Positions 45,984 to 55,388 of a DNA stretch of 64,000 nucleotides are shown one piece after another. The translations under genes were made by a program, and so were the position numbers. The notes under the pieces are model-generated. The model saw only the letters and a program-made list of their open reading frames with translations, did no database searches and had not been told where the DNA came from. The stretch is from an uncultured Gemmatimonadaceae bacterium (GTDB lineage: Bacteria; Gemmatimonadota; Gemmatimonadetes; Gemmatimonadales; Gemmatimonadaceae): the NCBI GenBank assembly GCA_963843845.1, contig CAWJMB010000002.1:512001-576000 (forward strand), read 5' to 3'. Each line of letters begins with the position of its first letter. Within the stretch, counting starts at the first letter, position 1.

Positions 45984-48644
45984 GCGTTCCCCGCACACGC
46001 GGGGATGATCCGTCGATCGCGGATCGCGTCGCCGGCTCCTGCGGCGTTCCCCGCACACGCGGGGATGATCCGCCGCGACTGACGCCGAAGCGCGCCGTCG
46101 TGTTGCGTTCCCCGCACACGCGGGGATGATCCGATCGGACGACCACGGTCCGGCCGTGCCGGTCGAGCGTTCCCCGCACACGCGGGGATGATCCGGCGTC
46201 GCTCAGCGTGCTCGAGCTCGGGTTCGGGCGTTCCCCGCACACGCGGGGATGATCCGTGCGAGCCGTCGGCGCGTCGTGCTCGCGATGCGCGCGTTCCCCG
46301 CACACGCGGGGATGATCCGCGGTACCGCGGCGTCGAGCGCGGGCCGTCGGCGTTCCCCGCACACGCGGGGATGATCCGCGCTCGCCGTCGAACTGCCGCC
46401 TGACCGGGACGCGCGTTCCCCGCACACGCGGGGATGATCCGCGCTGCGCCGATGCGGTCAGCCGTCGGCAGTCGTCGCGTTCCCCGCACACGCGGGGATG
46501 ATCCGAGTAACCGCGAGACGCGCCGGCGTCAAGCCCTGCGTTCCCCGCACACGCGGGGATGATCCGTAGTCGTCCGCGATGGTCGCCCGCCTGCATCGCG
46601 CGTTCCCCGCACACGCGGGGATGATCCGCCGCAATTAGCCTAGCGAGGCAGGCGGTACAGCGTTCCCCGCACACGCGGGGATGATCCGCTGACCGCCGCG
46701 CTCGGCGTGCTGCTCGACGCAGCGTTCCCCGCACACGCGGGGATGATCCGCGCGTCGCCGTCGAACTGCCGCTCGACCGGGAGGCGTTCCCCGCACACGC
46801 GGGGATGATCCGGCGCGGCGCCGGCGACGGCGATCGCCGGCGTCGCGTTCCCCGCACACGCGGGGATGATCCGCGCGCGCGGCGCCGACTGCCGCCGACG
46901 GGCTACGCGTTCCCCGCACACGCGGGGATGATCCGTCGCCGCACGGCGTCGCGGACGCACGGCGGTCCGGCGTTCCCCGCACACGCGGGGATGATCCGTC
47001 GCTCGGTCGCAGCACCGCCGACCAGCGTCCGGCGCGTTCCCCGCACACGCGGGGATGATCCGCGCGCTGCGCGCATGCCGTCGGCGACGCGACCGGCGTT
47101 CCCCGCACACGCGGGGATGATCCGCACTGACGCACGGCGCGCCTCGGTGAGCCTGGCGTTCCCCGCACACGCGGGGATGATCCGCGCTCGCCATCTCGCT
47201 CGTACGTGGTCGCCGCGTTCCCCGCACACGCGGGGATGATCCGACCGACGCAGACCGGAACGGCGTGGACCCGCTCGCGTTCCCCGCACACGCGGGGATG
47301 ATCCGCACGTCGCGTACCGCCGCACTGCGGGCGATGTCCCGCGTTCCCCGCACACGCGGGGATGATCCGCGCGTGCGCTCGTCGCCCGTCGTCCAGAGTG
47401 GCGTTCCCCGCACACGCGGGGATGATCCGGCGCAGGCATCCGCGACCTGCGAGGCCGATGTCGCGTTCCCCGCACACGCGGGGATGATCCGACCTCGGTG
47501 AGCCGCTGCGGTCGAGCGGCGCGCGTTCCCCGCACACGCGGGGATGATCCGGTCGTCAGCAACTCCGGCGGCACCTGCCAGGCGTTCCCCGCACACGCGG
47601 GGATGATCCGCACTCGCGTTCCCCGCACTGCGGCGGATGTCCCGCGTTCCCCGCACACGCGGGGATGATCCGACGCAGACGCGGCGCGTCGTCACACCGC
47701 AGCCGCGTTCCCCGCACACGCGGGGATGATCCGGTGATCTCCTCGGGCTGAGCCCAGAGCGCGAGCGTTCCCCGCACACGCGGGGATGATCCGCTCGTCG
47801 AGGCGTACGTGCTGCCGGGCGGGCCGCGTTCCCCGCACACGCGGGGATGATCCGGCGTCGCTCACGGCGGCCCTCGCGGCGCCCCTGCGTTCCCCGCACA
47901 CGCGGGGATGATCCGGGCACCGCCGGCAGCGGCGTGCTCAACGCGGCGTTCCCCGCACACGCGGGGATGATCCGGTGAGGGGCACGGGCCGTACGGGCTG
48001 CGGCGGCGTTCCCCGCACACGCGGGGATGATCCGATCGGTGACTGGTCGACGACGGATATCGCGGGGCGTTCCCCGCACACGCGGGGATGATCCGAACTC
48101 GACGCGCGCGGCAAGGCGGCGTTCGTGGCGTTCCCCGCACACGCGGGGATGATCCGCGCACTCTCCCCGGCGGCGCGTGCAGGCGCCGCGTTCCCCGCAC
48201 ACGCGGGGATGATCCGCGGAGATCGCGCGGCGAGTGGAGGTCGAGCGAGGCGTTCCCCGCACACGCGGGGATGATCCGCGGTGTGGCCGTTTCACCGCGC
48301 GCTCGTGGCCGCGTTCCCCGCACACGCGGGGATGATCCGGCCTCCTCCGGCCGAACGCCGTTTGCCGACGCGCGTTCCCCGCACACGCGGGGATGATCCG
48401 GCGGCGGTCGGCACGGCGCCGCCGCAGCGCGTGCGTTCCCCGCACACGCGGGGATGATCCGGCCGACTGGATCGACCTCGCGCCCCCGCTCGCGCGTTCC
48501 CCGCAAACGCGGGGATGATCCGTCGGCCAGCAAGCAGACCGCCGCCCGCACCGAGCGTTCCCCGCACACGCGGGGATGATCCGCCGGGCAAGCGACACGC
48601 CTTCGCGCCCCACACGCGTTCCCTGCGCACGCGAGCATGTTCGC
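45984..48644 (+). CRISPR. Type I-E CRISPR array: 44 repeats (29 bp GCGTTCCCCGCACACGCGGGGATGATCCG), 43 spacers of 30-35 bp
   Basis: Manual parse: 42 identical repeats, one loop variant at 48494, degenerate terminal repeat 48616-48644; hairpin TCCCCGC-ACAC-GCGGGGA typical of I-E. Confidence 0.98.
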
Positions 48645-48834
48645 GCTCGACCTCCGGAGCGTGCAGACGATGGACCGCGGCTTCGTGGGCTCCGAGGTTC
48701 GCGAGGCTGTGCACTAGGCCGAGCACTTCGCGCTGTCGTGCCCGTGCACGCGCGCCATCAGCGAGCGGGCGCGCGCCGGAAGGCAGCGAGCCGCGCCCCG
48801 TCTCCCCGCTCATGTCTGGCGCTGCGGCGTGTCT

Positions 48835-49310
48835 CTCGAGCATGCGTCCCCTGCTCACGATGACGTCGGGGCTCGACGACGCGCTGCGTCACGTCGCGCC
48901 GCCAGGGACGCCCTTCTACGACGACACCCCCGCGTGCTACCCACGGTTCGGCGTGCTCAAGCCGATGGTCGCCGGGACTCCCGCTCGGTGCTCGGCGACT
49001 GGACGTGTCGGCGGGTGATGCTCGCGTCGTCGAGCGCGCACGACCCGGTCCCGGCGTACGGGAATCTGTGGTGGATCGACGGCAAGGCGCGCTGTCGCAC
49101 CCCCGGGCCGTATCTGCTCCCCGCGAACGCCGGCCCGCTCGTGCCGAGCGCGCCGAGTGACATGGTGGCGGCGTCGGGCGCGGACGACGAGAAGATCTAC
49201 GTCGTTCCGTCGCACGACCTCGTCGTCGTGCGACACGGCCGCCGCTCGAACGTCGCGGCCGCGTCGAGCCTGCTCGCCGTCACCAGGTGCGACGAGGAGC
49301 TGCGGGGTCG
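48835..49310 (+). pseudogene. Remnant of a beta-lactamase-like serine hydrolase
   Basis: Fragments LLTMTSGL, PPGTPFY, YGNLWWIDG, SGADDEKIYVVPSHDLVVVRHG; N-terminal SxxK region and internal segments missing. Confidence 0.6.
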
Positions 49311-49558
49311 CCTACGGCGTCGCCTGCGGCTGGCACTGCGCGACCGAGGCGATCCGGGGCGGGGCAACCCTTTTCGCGGTCCCGGCATCCAAGCCCGTAG
49401 ACGCGCGACGTCGCCTCGGTGGCGGCGGTGCCTAACGATCCGACCGGCCTGACGACTCGCGTCAGGCGCGTCGGCCGTAGGGCGGTCGCGCGCCGCGGCG
49501 AGCCCGCGCCCGTGTGAGACGCGCTCGCCGACATCTCCCTCCAGCGGAGGATCTCGTC

Positions 49559-50002
49559 ATGCCGCACGCGCCTCGCCTCGCCCGCTCGCTCGTCGCGCTG
49601 TCCGCGCTCGCCGCGGCCGCCCCGCTCGCTCCGCTCGCCGTCGTCGGCGCGCAGGCGGTCGTCGTGCCCGCCGCGTACACGCCGCACGGCGCGGCGATCG
49701 CCGCGCCGGCCGTGCCCCTGCGCGGGGTGTTCCGCATCTCCATGCAGAAGCAGAACGCGGCCGCGGTCCCGGCGACGCTCATCGTCGAGCGGCGCGGCGA
49801 GCGGCTGGATGCGTCGCTCGTCGTCGATCATCACGTCTCGGTCCTGGAGTCGGTGCGCGTCGACGGCGACGTGCTCGAGGCGACGGTGCGCACCGAGGCG
49901 GGGCCGTCGAAGCTGCGCGTGCGCATCAGCGGCGACTCGGTCGACGGCACGCTCACCGCGAGACGCGACGTCTGGAAGGTGCTCGGCGACCGCAGCGCGT
50001 GA
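49559..50002 (+). CDS. Hypothetical secreted protein
   Basis: GGAGG RBS, signal peptide ending AQA, beta-strand-rich mature region. Confidence 0.7.
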   Translation: MPHAPRLARSLVALSALAAAAPLAPLAVVGAQAVVVPAAYTPHGAAIAAPAVPLRGVFRISMQKQNAAAVPATLIVERRGERLDASLVVDHHVSVLESVRVDGDVLEATVRTEAGPSKLRVRISGDSVDGTLTARRDVWKVLGDRSA

Positions 50003-50015
50003 TCGCCGCCCGCCG

Positions 50016-51113
50016 TCAGATGCCTAACGACGCGCGATGGCCGGCGAGCGGCTCGATGGCGCGCGCGTCCGCGCCGAGCGCCGCGGTCAGCGCCCCGCTT
50101 CCCGTGACGCCGCGCTCGGCGGTCGCGGCGTCGCACGGGAACACGGTGTTGAGGTCCCACAGCCAGCGCCGCGCGGCGCGCCCGGCGACTTCGACGTCGC
50201 CGGCGATGACCCGACGGAGCAGCTCGCGCGCGACGCTCGCGCCGCTCGGGAAGCGGGGGACGACGCGCGCGGCCTCGACGACGCTGGCTTCGGGGAGCGG
50301 CTCGTCGGCGCGCGTCGCCGTGACGAAGCGCTTCGCGCGCGAGGCGCGCCCCGACGCGACGGCGCGGAGCAGCGGGTCGCGCGCGAGGACCGCGGCCATC
50401 AGCGCGTCGTCGAGCGACACCGCCGCGCGGTCGTCGTCCTCGTCGTCGGCACCCCCGCGCGCCGCGCCGGCGGAATCGTTAGGCAGGGTGCCTAACGGGT
50501 CGAGGAGCGCGCGCCGGCGGACGTCGTCGGGCGTCGCGTCGGTCCAGCCGAACTGCGACGACGCGGCGTCGTAGGCGGCGAGCACGGCGTCCTGCATCTC
50601 GTCGGCGAAGTCCTCGCCCGTCTGCGCGGCGCGCTCGGCGACGTGGCGGAGCGGCGTGGCGAGCTTCTGCGTCTGCTCCGCGGTCGGCTCGGCGCCCAGC
50701 TCGGCGGCGAGCGAGGCGAGGTACTCGTTCCACGCGGCGAGGCCGGGGGGCGGGGCGAAGCCGACCGCGTGGCAGAGCCGTGTGTCGGGGTCCTCGCCGA
50801 GCACGAACGGGTGGCGGCCGGCGGTACCGCGGTCCTTCAGCGTGTGCGCGACGCAACAGGCGACGGCGAGGCGGGCGCGGCCGGCGCGCGCGTGGTCGAC
50901 CTCGCTCGGGCCACGCCGGCCGGTGCGTTCGGTGACGATGATCGCGGCGTCGGCGAGCAGCGACCAGAGGGCGAACGGACTCGCGACGGCGCGCAGGTCG
51001 TGGGCGCGCTCGGCGTCGGCGAGCGCGCGGGCGAGCTGTCGCGCGGCGACGAGGTCGAGGTCGCGAACGAGGGCGCGGTAGGCGCTGGCGTCGAGGATGA
51101 CGGTGCGGAGCAT
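50016..51113 (-). CDS. Hypothetical protein, possible divergent PIN-like fold
   Basis: N-terminal VILDASAY; C-terminal WLWDLNTVF...GVTGSGAL. Confidence 0.55.
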   Translation of the reverse strand: MLRTVILDASAYRALVRDLDLVAARQLARALADAERAHDLRAVASPFALWSLLADAAIIVTERTGRRGPSEVDHARAGRARLAVACCVAHTLKDRGTAGRHPFVLGEDPDTRLCHAVGFAPPPGLAAWNEYLASLAAELGAEPTAEQTQKLATPLRHVAERAAQTGEDFADEMQDAVLAAYDAASSQFGWTDATPDDVRRRALLDPLGTLPNDSAGAARGGADDEDDDRAAVSLDDALMAAVLARDPLLRAVASGRASRAKRFVTATRADEPLPEASVVEAARVVPRFPSGASVARELLRRVIAGDVEVAGRAARRWLWDLNTVFPCDAATAERGVTGSGALTAALGADARAIEPLAGHRASLGI

Positions 51114-51145
51114 GGAGCGTCGTGGTGAGCGGGGATGAACAGTAC

Positions 51146-51306
51146 AGCCGCACCACCCCACCCGCCGTGAGTCACACCGTATCACCGTAGTTCAGCCGCC
51201 GTTCAACCGCTGTTCGACCGCTGTTCGACCGCTGTTCAACCGCGGTGACACTGCGGACGAACAGCGGTGATACGGTGTGACTCACGGCGGATGGGGTGGT
51301 GCGGCT
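51146..51306. repeat. Palindromic element with 42-bp arms and 11-bp tandem core, copy 2
   Basis: Arms 51146-51187 and 51265-51306 are inverted repeats with 1 mismatch; core of CCGCTGTTCRA-like units. Confidence 0.9.
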
Positions 51307-51312
51307 CGTGGC

Positions 51313-53097
51313 TCAGCGCTTCTCCACGCGGACCGTCGTGGCGGCGATCCCGACGACGCTCCCGGCCTGCGCGCGCACTTCGAGACGGTACGTGCCTGTC
51401 GCCGTCGGCGGCCACGTGAGCGCGAGCGAGCGGCCGGCGATGCGGTCGCCGGGGCGCGCGGGGTCGCTGAAGCGAACGCCGACCGGCGACTGCGGATCGT
51501 CGCTCAGGCGCAGCGCGCGGCCGACGCGGTCGAAGAAGCCCGCGTCGAGTCGCGTCGCCTGCACCGTCACCTCGACCGCCGCCGCCGAGTCGAGCGGGGC
51601 GTAGCTCTCCCAGTAGAGGCCGATCCGCTCGCCCGCCGTGATCGTGCGGCCGCCGAGCGGCCGGTCGCGGACGAGCTGCTCGAGCGGCGCATCGGGCGAC
51701 GGCGGGCCGCTCAGCAGCAGGAGGTCCGACGTGATGGCGTCGGGAGGGAGCGGTGCGAGCGCGCCGCGCGCCCGCTTCGCGCGTCCGCGCCGCGCGTCGA
51801 GCACCTCGAGGCTCGCGAGCACCGGCGCGCCGTCGGCGAGGCGCGTCATGATCGTGCCACCGCTCGCGCTGTCTCCGCGTATCACCGTGAGGCGCCCCGC
51901 CGAGTCGGCGAGCGCGAGCGCGGCGACCGGAGTGCGGGCGGGGGCGGGGAAGCCGGCGCGGGCCGGGTCGTCCGGCGTCGGGAGCGTGTCGCGCCGCCAC
52001 GCCGCGTCGCGCGCCGCGTCCCACGTCGCGACGACGAGCGTCGAGTCGCCGCGACGGAAGCGGGCGAACTGGTGCGGCAGCGCGTCGAAACGCGTGACGG
52101 CGTAGCGCGGCGCGTAGCGCATCGGTCCGACCGACGCATTCAACGTCCAGTCGGCGGTGTCGCTCGCGGTCGGCGCCGCGATCGCGCGCGCCTTCGGCAC
52201 GAACGCGTAGCTCGGCGTCGCTTCATGGCCGACGACCGAGCGCGCGTCGGTGCCGAGCGTGCCGTACTGCACGCGCACCGACCACGCCACCGGCCAGCCG
52301 TAGCGCGCCTCGAGCTCGGCGAAGTCGTCGCCCCACGGCATGTCGTACTCGATCGCCCCGTCCTCGCGGATGCGCGACATCGTGCGGCGGGCGAAGAGCT
52401 CGGTGCGGAGGTCGTTCGCGTCGAGCGAGAGCAGCGGGCGCGTCGCGAGCCAGAAGCGCGCCTCCCACGCGTCGCGCTCGGGGCCGCACGCGAGGCGCCG
52501 GTACTCGCGCGCCGCGTCGCCGTCGAGCCACCAGCGCACGTTCGTCCACGCGCACCGCTCGTACTCGGGCATCGCGGCGAGCGCGCTGTCGTAGGCGGAC
52601 GCGGCGCGCACGTGCTCGTTGCGCAGGTGATACGCGAACCCGCGCAGCGCGAGACACCACGCGGCGCGCGCGCGACACCCTTCGGCGACGGTCGCGGCAG
52701 CATCGAGGCGGCCGCTCTCGGCGAGGTAGCGCACGCGCTGGCCGACGGTCCACTCGTCGATCGAGTCGGCGGACGTCGCGATCGCGGCGGCCGCGGCGGC
52801 GAGCCGGGCGAGCAGCGTGTCGCGCGCGACGGCGACGCTCCGCGGCTCGGGGGGCGGCGGCGGGTCGTCGTTGTTGTTCCAGTAGCAGAGGCGCCCGATC
52901 TGCACCTCGCAGCGGTCGCCGCGACCGCTCGCGCCGCGGTAGCTCGGCAGCCGGAGCCGCCGCTGGTGCTCGAAGTCCGCCTGCGCGCGGCGCGCGGCGC
53001 GGAGCGCGTCGATCGGGGCGAGCCTGGCGCGCTGCGCGGACGCGGGGGCGCTGGCGAGCAGGACTCCGGCGAGGCAGAGCGCGGCGCGGGACGGCAT
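51313..53097 (-). CDS. Secreted GWxTD-like domain protein
   Basis: Signal peptide MPSRAALCLAGVLLASAPASAQ; RFWLATRPLLSLDANDLRTE...PWGDDFAELEARYGWP resembles the GWxTD pattern; C-terminal GLYWESY, GTYRLEV. Confidence 0.6.
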   Translation of the reverse strand: MPSRAALCLAGVLLASAPASAQRARLAPIDALRAARRAQADFEHQRRLRLPSYRGASGRGDRCEVQIGRLCYWNNNDDPPPPPEPRSVAVARDTLLARLAAAAAAIATSADSIDEWTVGQRVRYLAESGRLDAAATVAEGCRARAAWCLALRGFAYHLRNEHVRAASAYDSALAAMPEYERCAWTNVRWWLDGDAAREYRRLACGPERDAWEARFWLATRPLLSLDANDLRTELFARRTMSRIREDGAIEYDMPWGDDFAELEARYGWPVAWSVRVQYGTLGTDARSVVGHEATPSYAFVPKARAIAAPTASDTADWTLNASVGPMRYAPRYAVTRFDALPHQFARFRRGDSTLVVATWDAARDAAWRRDTLPTPDDPARAGFPAPARTPVAALALADSAGRLTVIRGDSASGGTIMTRLADGAPVLASLEVLDARRGRAKRARGALAPLPPDAITSDLLLLSGPPSPDAPLEQLVRDRPLGGRTITAGERIGLYWESYAPLDSAAAVEVTVQATRLDAGFFDRVGRALRLSDDPQSPVGVRFSDPARPGDRIAGRSLALTWPPTATGTYRLEVRAQAGSVVGIAATTVRVEKR

Positions 53098-53135
53098 GCA
53101 CCAACGATAGTGAACGGCCGGGGCTCGGCGGCTGT

Positions 53136-53816
53136 TCAGAAATCCTCGTCCGGATGCATCGTCAGCACGAACCCGGTGCCGCGCACGGTGCGGATCGCCG
53201 GGAGTGCGAGCGCCGGGCGGAGCTTCTGGCGCAGTCGCGCGACGTGTGCGTCGACGATGTTCGAGCCGGGGTCGAAGTGCATGTTCCACACGGCTTCGAG
53301 CAGCGCCGTGCGGGACACCACGTGCTCGGCGCGCAGCAGGAGCGCCTCGAGCATCGCGAACTCTTTCGGCGTCAGCGTGATCGCGCGGCCCTTCGCCGTC
53401 ACCGTGCGCCCCAGCCGATCGACCGTGAGCGCGCCGAGCGTGAGCTGCTCGGCGGGGGCGCTGCGGCGGATGGCGGCGCGCACGCGCGCGGCGAGCACGT
53501 CGCCGCTCACCGGCTTGAGGAGATAGTCGTCGGCGCCGGCGTCGAGGCCCCGCACGACGTGCGCGTCGTCGCCGCGGCCGGTCATGATGAGGATCGGCGT
53601 CGTCGAGCCGGTCGTGCGGAGCGCGCGCACGACGTCCATCCCGTCGTGATCGGGGAGCTCGAGGTCGAGCAGGATCGCGTCGTACGAGTGGCGCAGGGCG
53701 CGGGCGGTGCCGTCGGTCGCGGTGGCGCTGACGTCGACGGCGTAGGCCGCCGTCTCGAGCGCGCGGGCGACCACGCGGGCCACCGACGCGTCGTCCTCGA
53801 TCACCAGGACGCGCAT
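53136..53816 (-). CDS. OmpR-family response regulator (no adjacent kinase)
   Basis: VLVIEDD, ILLDLELP, GADDYLLKP, LTPKEF, IRTVRGTGF. Confidence 0.95.
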   Translation of the reverse strand: MRVLVIEDDASVARVVARALETAAYAVDVSATATDGTARALRHSYDAILLDLELPDHDGMDVVRALRTTGSTTPILIMTGRGDDAHVVRGLDAGADDYLLKPVSGDVLAARVRAAIRRSAPAEQLTLGALTVDRLGRTVTAKGRAITLTPKEFAMLEALLLRAEHVVSRTALLEAVWNMHFDPGSNIVDAHVARLRQKLRPALALPAIRTVRGTGFVLTMHPDEDF

Positions 53817-53956
53817 TGTCCTCCTGGACGGGAGAGGTCACCGCGGCGGACGCCGGACGACCGGGTCGTGACCCCCTCGCACGATCACCACGCCGACTCG
53901 TGCGTCACGTGTGCCTCATGACGCACGACGGTCGTGCGACGTTGATGTCGATGTGA

Positions 53957-55273
53957 TCACATGTGTGCGCGCGCGACGAGCCGACGCACGCTCGCGATCC
54001 CGGCCGCCGGCCCGAGCGCGAGCACGATGAACGCGCGCTCCCACCCGAGCCGCGCGGCGAGCAGCGGTACGAGCTGGATCGACCCCATCGTCAACAGGAA
54101 GCCGAGCGACGTCTGGATCGTGAGCGCCGTGCCGACCGCGTGCGGAGGCACGCTCTCGGTCACGAGCACGGAGAACTGCGCGCTGTCGGCGATGACGAAG
54201 AAGCCCCAGGCGAGCGCGACCGGCACGAGCAGCGCGAGCGAGCGGCCGAACGTGAGCCCGATGCCGACGGCACACACGCCGCTCGCCGCCATCGCGACCG
54301 TCACGAGCCAGACGCGCCCGCGCCGGTCCGCCGCGAGCCCGCCCCACACGCAGCCGAGCCCACCGACGGCGAGCGCGGCGAAGGCGACGAGCGACGCGGT
54401 GCGCTCGGCGGCCACGTCACCGCGCGCGGCGACGCTCGCGGCGACGAACGCCGGCAGCCACGTCCACGCCGCGTACAGCTCCCACATGTGGCCGAGGTAG
54501 CCGCCGGTGGCGAGGCGCCAGCGCGGCGTGCGCACGATCGAGCCGACGAGGTCCCACGAGAACGGGCGCGCCGGGAACGGATACGGTCCCTCGCGGTAGC
54601 GCGTCGCGACGAGGAGCGCCGCGACGACCGCCGCCGCCGACGCGGCGAGCACGACGCTGCGGATCGCGTCGGCCGGCGCGGCGCCGTCGGTGAGCGCGTG
54701 CACGAGGTACGGCGTCGCCTTCCCGACGGTGAGCGCGCCGACGATCGTGCCGACCGCGAGCCCGCGCCGCGCGCGAAACCAGGTCGCGATCATCTTCATG
54801 GCGGGCGGATAGACGCCGGCGAGCGCGACGCCGGTCGCGAAGCGGCAGAGCAGCACGCCGGAGTAGCTCGCGGTGCCCAACAGCGCCGCGTTCGCCGCGG
54901 CGCCGGCGAGCGCGCTGGTCGCGAACAGCCGCCTCGACGGCACGACGTCGGCGAGGTTGAGCAGCGCGACGGTCGCCGTGCCGACGACGAAGCCGACCTG
55001 CACGACCGTCGTGAGCCATCCCGACTGCGCGGGGGTGAGGCCCAACAGTGCCCGGTACTGCGCGCCGACCGCGCTCGCCGCGAACCAGAGCGACATGCCG
55101 AGGAGCTCGGCGAGCGCGAGGAGAGCGAGCGCGCGCCAGCGGCGCGGGTCGTGGTCGAACGGCGGGGCGTCTGGCGGCGCGAGGGAAGGAGCCACGGCTG
55201 GACGTGTCGGTGCTCGTTCGGGAATGCGCCCGCCGGCCTCGTCCGCCGGGACGTCTCGCGTGTTCCGCGTCAC
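53957..55273 (-). CDS. MFS transporter
   Basis: About 12 hydrophobic segments; MSLWFAAS, GVYPPAMK, GHMWELYA, IADSAQFS. Confidence 0.9.
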   Translation of the reverse strand: MTRNTRDVPADEAGGRIPERAPTRPAVAPSLAPPDAPPFDHDPRRWRALALLALAELLGMSLWFAASAVGAQYRALLGLTPAQSGWLTTVVQVGFVVGTATVALLNLADVVPSRRLFATSALAGAAANAALLGTASYSGVLLCRFATGVALAGVYPPAMKMIATWFRARRGLAVGTIVGALTVGKATPYLVHALTDGAAPADAIRSVVLAASAAAVVAALLVATRYREGPYPFPARPFSWDLVGSIVRTPRWRLATGGYLGHMWELYAAWTWLPAFVAASVAARGDVAAERTASLVAFAALAVGGLGCVWGGLAADRRGRVWLVTVAMAASGVCAVGIGLTFGRSLALLVPVALAWGFFVIADSAQFSVLVTESVPPHAVGTALTIQTSLGFLLTMGSIQLVPLLAARLGWERAFIVLALGPAAGIASVRRLVARAHM

Positions 55274-55388
55274 GAGCGACTGTGCGAGCGCCTGCGCCGT
55301 CGCCCGGATGGTCGCGCTCGGGAGCCGGATGCGGTGCGTCCGACGGAGCGGGCGAGTGCGTCGGTCACCGTGCGTCGGCTGCCGGCGC

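Noticed and set aside
45984..48644. Self-targeting spacers within the window
   Set aside because: No full-length match noticed by eye; an exhaustive alignment could not be run, so nothing is claimed.
45614..48858. Long ORFs over the CRISPR array (RIIPACAGNA, DHPRVCGER repeats)
   Set aside because: Translations of the repeat, not genes.
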